Positions 53,689-54,856 of a DNA stretch of 54,856 nt are shown here, piece after piece. The first letter of the stretch is position 1, and every line of letters starts with the position of its first letter. Position numbers and translations under genes: made by a program. This DNA comes from Fusobacteriaceae bacterium (GTDB lineage: Bacteria > Fusobacteriota > Fusobacteriia > Fusobacteriales > Fusobacteriaceae). A model generated the notes under the pieces. That model did no database searches and was not told where the DNA came from. It was given only the letters and a program-made list of their open reading frames with translations. The stretch is taken from the NCBI GenBank assembly GCA_017988045.1, contig JAGNSM010000001.1:1-54856 (forward strand), written 5' to 3'.

Positions 53689-54453
53689 ATGAGCAGAACT
53701 TTTTACGGAGCAAAATGTGATATTTATATAGGAACAGGTGCAGGGAAAAATCTACTTACTGACATGGAAAATGCAAAAGAAGAAATAAAAATAGTTTCTC
53801 CTTATTTAAGTCCAAGTTTAGTAAATCAATTAATATCTCTACACGGACAGGGCAAAACAATAAATTTAATAACTATTAATGATATTGAAGACACCAAAAA
53901 TAAAGAAAATATAAGAAGACTTATTAAACAAAAGAAAATTACTGACGAAAATGCTGAAATGCTTAAGAAAAGATGGTCATACTATACTAAACTTTTATCT
54001 TCATTAATAATTTTTATAGCATTATCAACTGTTTCATTATATATTTTTAATAAAGATTTAAGATTTTTTTATATTATTATCCCTTTAATTTTATTTGGAA
54101 TTATAAATAGGTTTTACTACAAGAGAATAGCTACAATCAGAATTTATACATATGAATATGAACCATTATTTCCGTTTAAAGTTCTTCTTCAGCCAGATGA
54201 AACTGAAAAAAGCCATAGATTAAACCTTCATAGTAAAATATATATTATTGATAATAAAATTGCATATCTTGGTAGTCTCAACTTTACTCATTTTGGTACT
54301 AAATCAAATCATGAAACAAGTATAAGAATTACTGATAAAAATGCAATTACTTACATTAATTCTGAATTTGAAAGTTTACTTAATAATGATTACTATACAA
54401 AACGTGAGCTTAATGAATGGGGAAAATCTTTATATGATGAGCCTATAAATTAA
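53689..54453 (+). CDS. Single-HKD phospholipase D / Nuc-like superfamily protein with an internal two-helix membrane hairpin
   Basis: 254 aa. HKD motif HSKIYIIDNKIAYLGSLNFT (aa 181-200). The N-terminal half resembles the first half of Nuc-like PLD domains (AKEEIKIVSPYLSPSLVNQLISLHGQGKTINLI). Hydrophobic segments lie at about aa 99-119 and 125-143. Confidence 0.7.
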   Translation: MSRTFYGAKCDIYIGTGAGKNLLTDMENAKEEIKIVSPYLSPSLVNQLISLHGQGKTINLITINDIEDTKNKENIRRLIKQKKITDENAEMLKKRWSYYTKLLSSLIIFIALSTVSLYIFNKDLRFFYIIIPLILFGIINRFYYKRIATIRIYTYEYEPLFPFKVLLQPDETEKSHRLNLHSKIYIIDNKIAYLGSLNFTHFGTKSNHETSIRITDKNAITYINSEFESLLNNDYYTKRELNEWGKSLYDEPIN

Positions 54454-54486
54454 AAATGACTCAAATTTAATTGAGTCATTTTTTTA
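54453..54486. terminator. Bidirectional terminator (PLD-like gene / pseudouridine synthase gene)
   Basis: Stem ATGACTCAA (54456-54464) pairs with TTGAGTCAT (54471-54479), flanked by A5 and T6. Confidence 0.65.
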
Positions 54487-54856
54487 TTCTATATCTTCTA
54501 AACTAATTTCTATCACTTCACCTTTTTTTAGATTCCCTAACTCTAATTTCCCAAAGCTAAGTCTTTTTAGATAAAACACTTCATTTCCAACAGCTTTGAG
54601 CATTTCTTTAACCTGATGATACTTGCCTTCTGTTATTGTAAGCTCAATTATCTTATCTTCTACCTTATTAACTTTTGCTTCTTTAGTAAAATAATTATCC
54701 AAAATAATTACTCCACTTTCTAGTTTTTTTATATTTTCATCAGAAATACTTTCTCTTAAATGAACTTCATAAATTTTATCAACATGTTTTTTAGGAGATA
54801 ATAACTCGTGGGATAATCTTCCGTTATTTGTAAATAATAAAAGCCCTTCAGTATCT
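54484..54856 (-). CDS. RsuA/RluB-family pseudouridine synthase, C-terminal part (gene runs off the window end)
   Basis: The frame is open to the window edge: DTEGLLLFTNNGRLSHELLSPKKHVDKIYEVHL...EGKYHQVKEMLKAVGNEVFYLKRLSFG. The catalytic Asp motif D-x-x-T-x-G-L-L-L sits at the edge. The ORF track shows only the part from an internal TTG. Confidence 0.8.
   Translation of the reverse strand, partial: DTEGLLLFTNNGRLSHELLSPKKHVDKIYEVHLRESISDENIKKLESGVIILDNYFTKEAKVNKVEDKIIELTITEGKYHQVKEMLKAVGNEVFYLKRLSFGKLELGNLKKGEVIEISLEDIE

Noticed and set aside
1-54856. Scan for CRISPR arrays, tRNA/rRNA genes, IS elements and long non-coding repeats
   Set aside because: Nothing was found by eye. Every intergenic region is 352 bp or shorter and AT-rich, and the only repeats are the tandem TPR duplication and short terminator palindromes.

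Overview
This is a very AT-rich chromosomal segment, and almost all of it is housekeeping sequence. All calls come from reading the supplied translations and the DNA by eye; no similarity search or computation was run.

Likely source (inference): a member of the Fusobacteriota. The window mixes diderm outer-membrane biogenesis genes (tamB-bamA-skp-skp-lpxD and an LpxR-like gene) with Firmicute-style genes (whiA, yvcK, scpA, plsY/gpsA, STAS plus sigma factor).

Gene content, in order:
- Partial HAD hydrolase, a DeoR regulator, and a lone pilT-like ATPase.
- A tightly overlapping minus-strand operon, whiA-ribF-scpA-murJ, that ends in a solitary Eco57I/TaqI-type N6-adenine methyltransferase; polA lies just upstream.
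- A 1.9-kb regulator islet: a PadR-like gene split at an A9 tract, an XRE-S24 self-cleaving-type repressor, and a divergent Cro-like HTH.
- A 25-kb uninterrupted minus-strand run of 21 genes: glgB, dnaN, STAS, sigma-70 family factor, gpsA, plsY, RNA m5U methyltransferase, ftsL-like, rsmH, small outer-membrane protein, lpxD, two skp, bamA, tamB, NHL beta-propeller protein, HDOD protein, rsmG, mnmG, trkA, trkH.
- A mixed-strand region: TPR-like hypothetical, LpxR-like, a 24-codon mini-gene, pepF, gapN, a decarboxylase-arginase fusion, yvcK, two tandem paralogous ~655-aa TPR proteins, a U32 family protein, a membrane-inserted single-HKD PLD-like protein, and a partial pseudouridine synthase.

I saw no rRNA, tRNA, CRISPR array, transposase, integrase or recognisable prophage. 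I did not find a compact, clearly novel multi-gene system such as a defence island.

The items most worth a second look:
- the decarboxylase-arginase fusion;
- the CI/Cro-like module that has no prophage around it;
- the operon-embedded solitary methyltransferase;
- the PLD-like protein with an internal transmembrane hairpin;
- the HDOD and NHL genes coupled to tamB-bamA;
- the mosaic tandem TPR paralogs.
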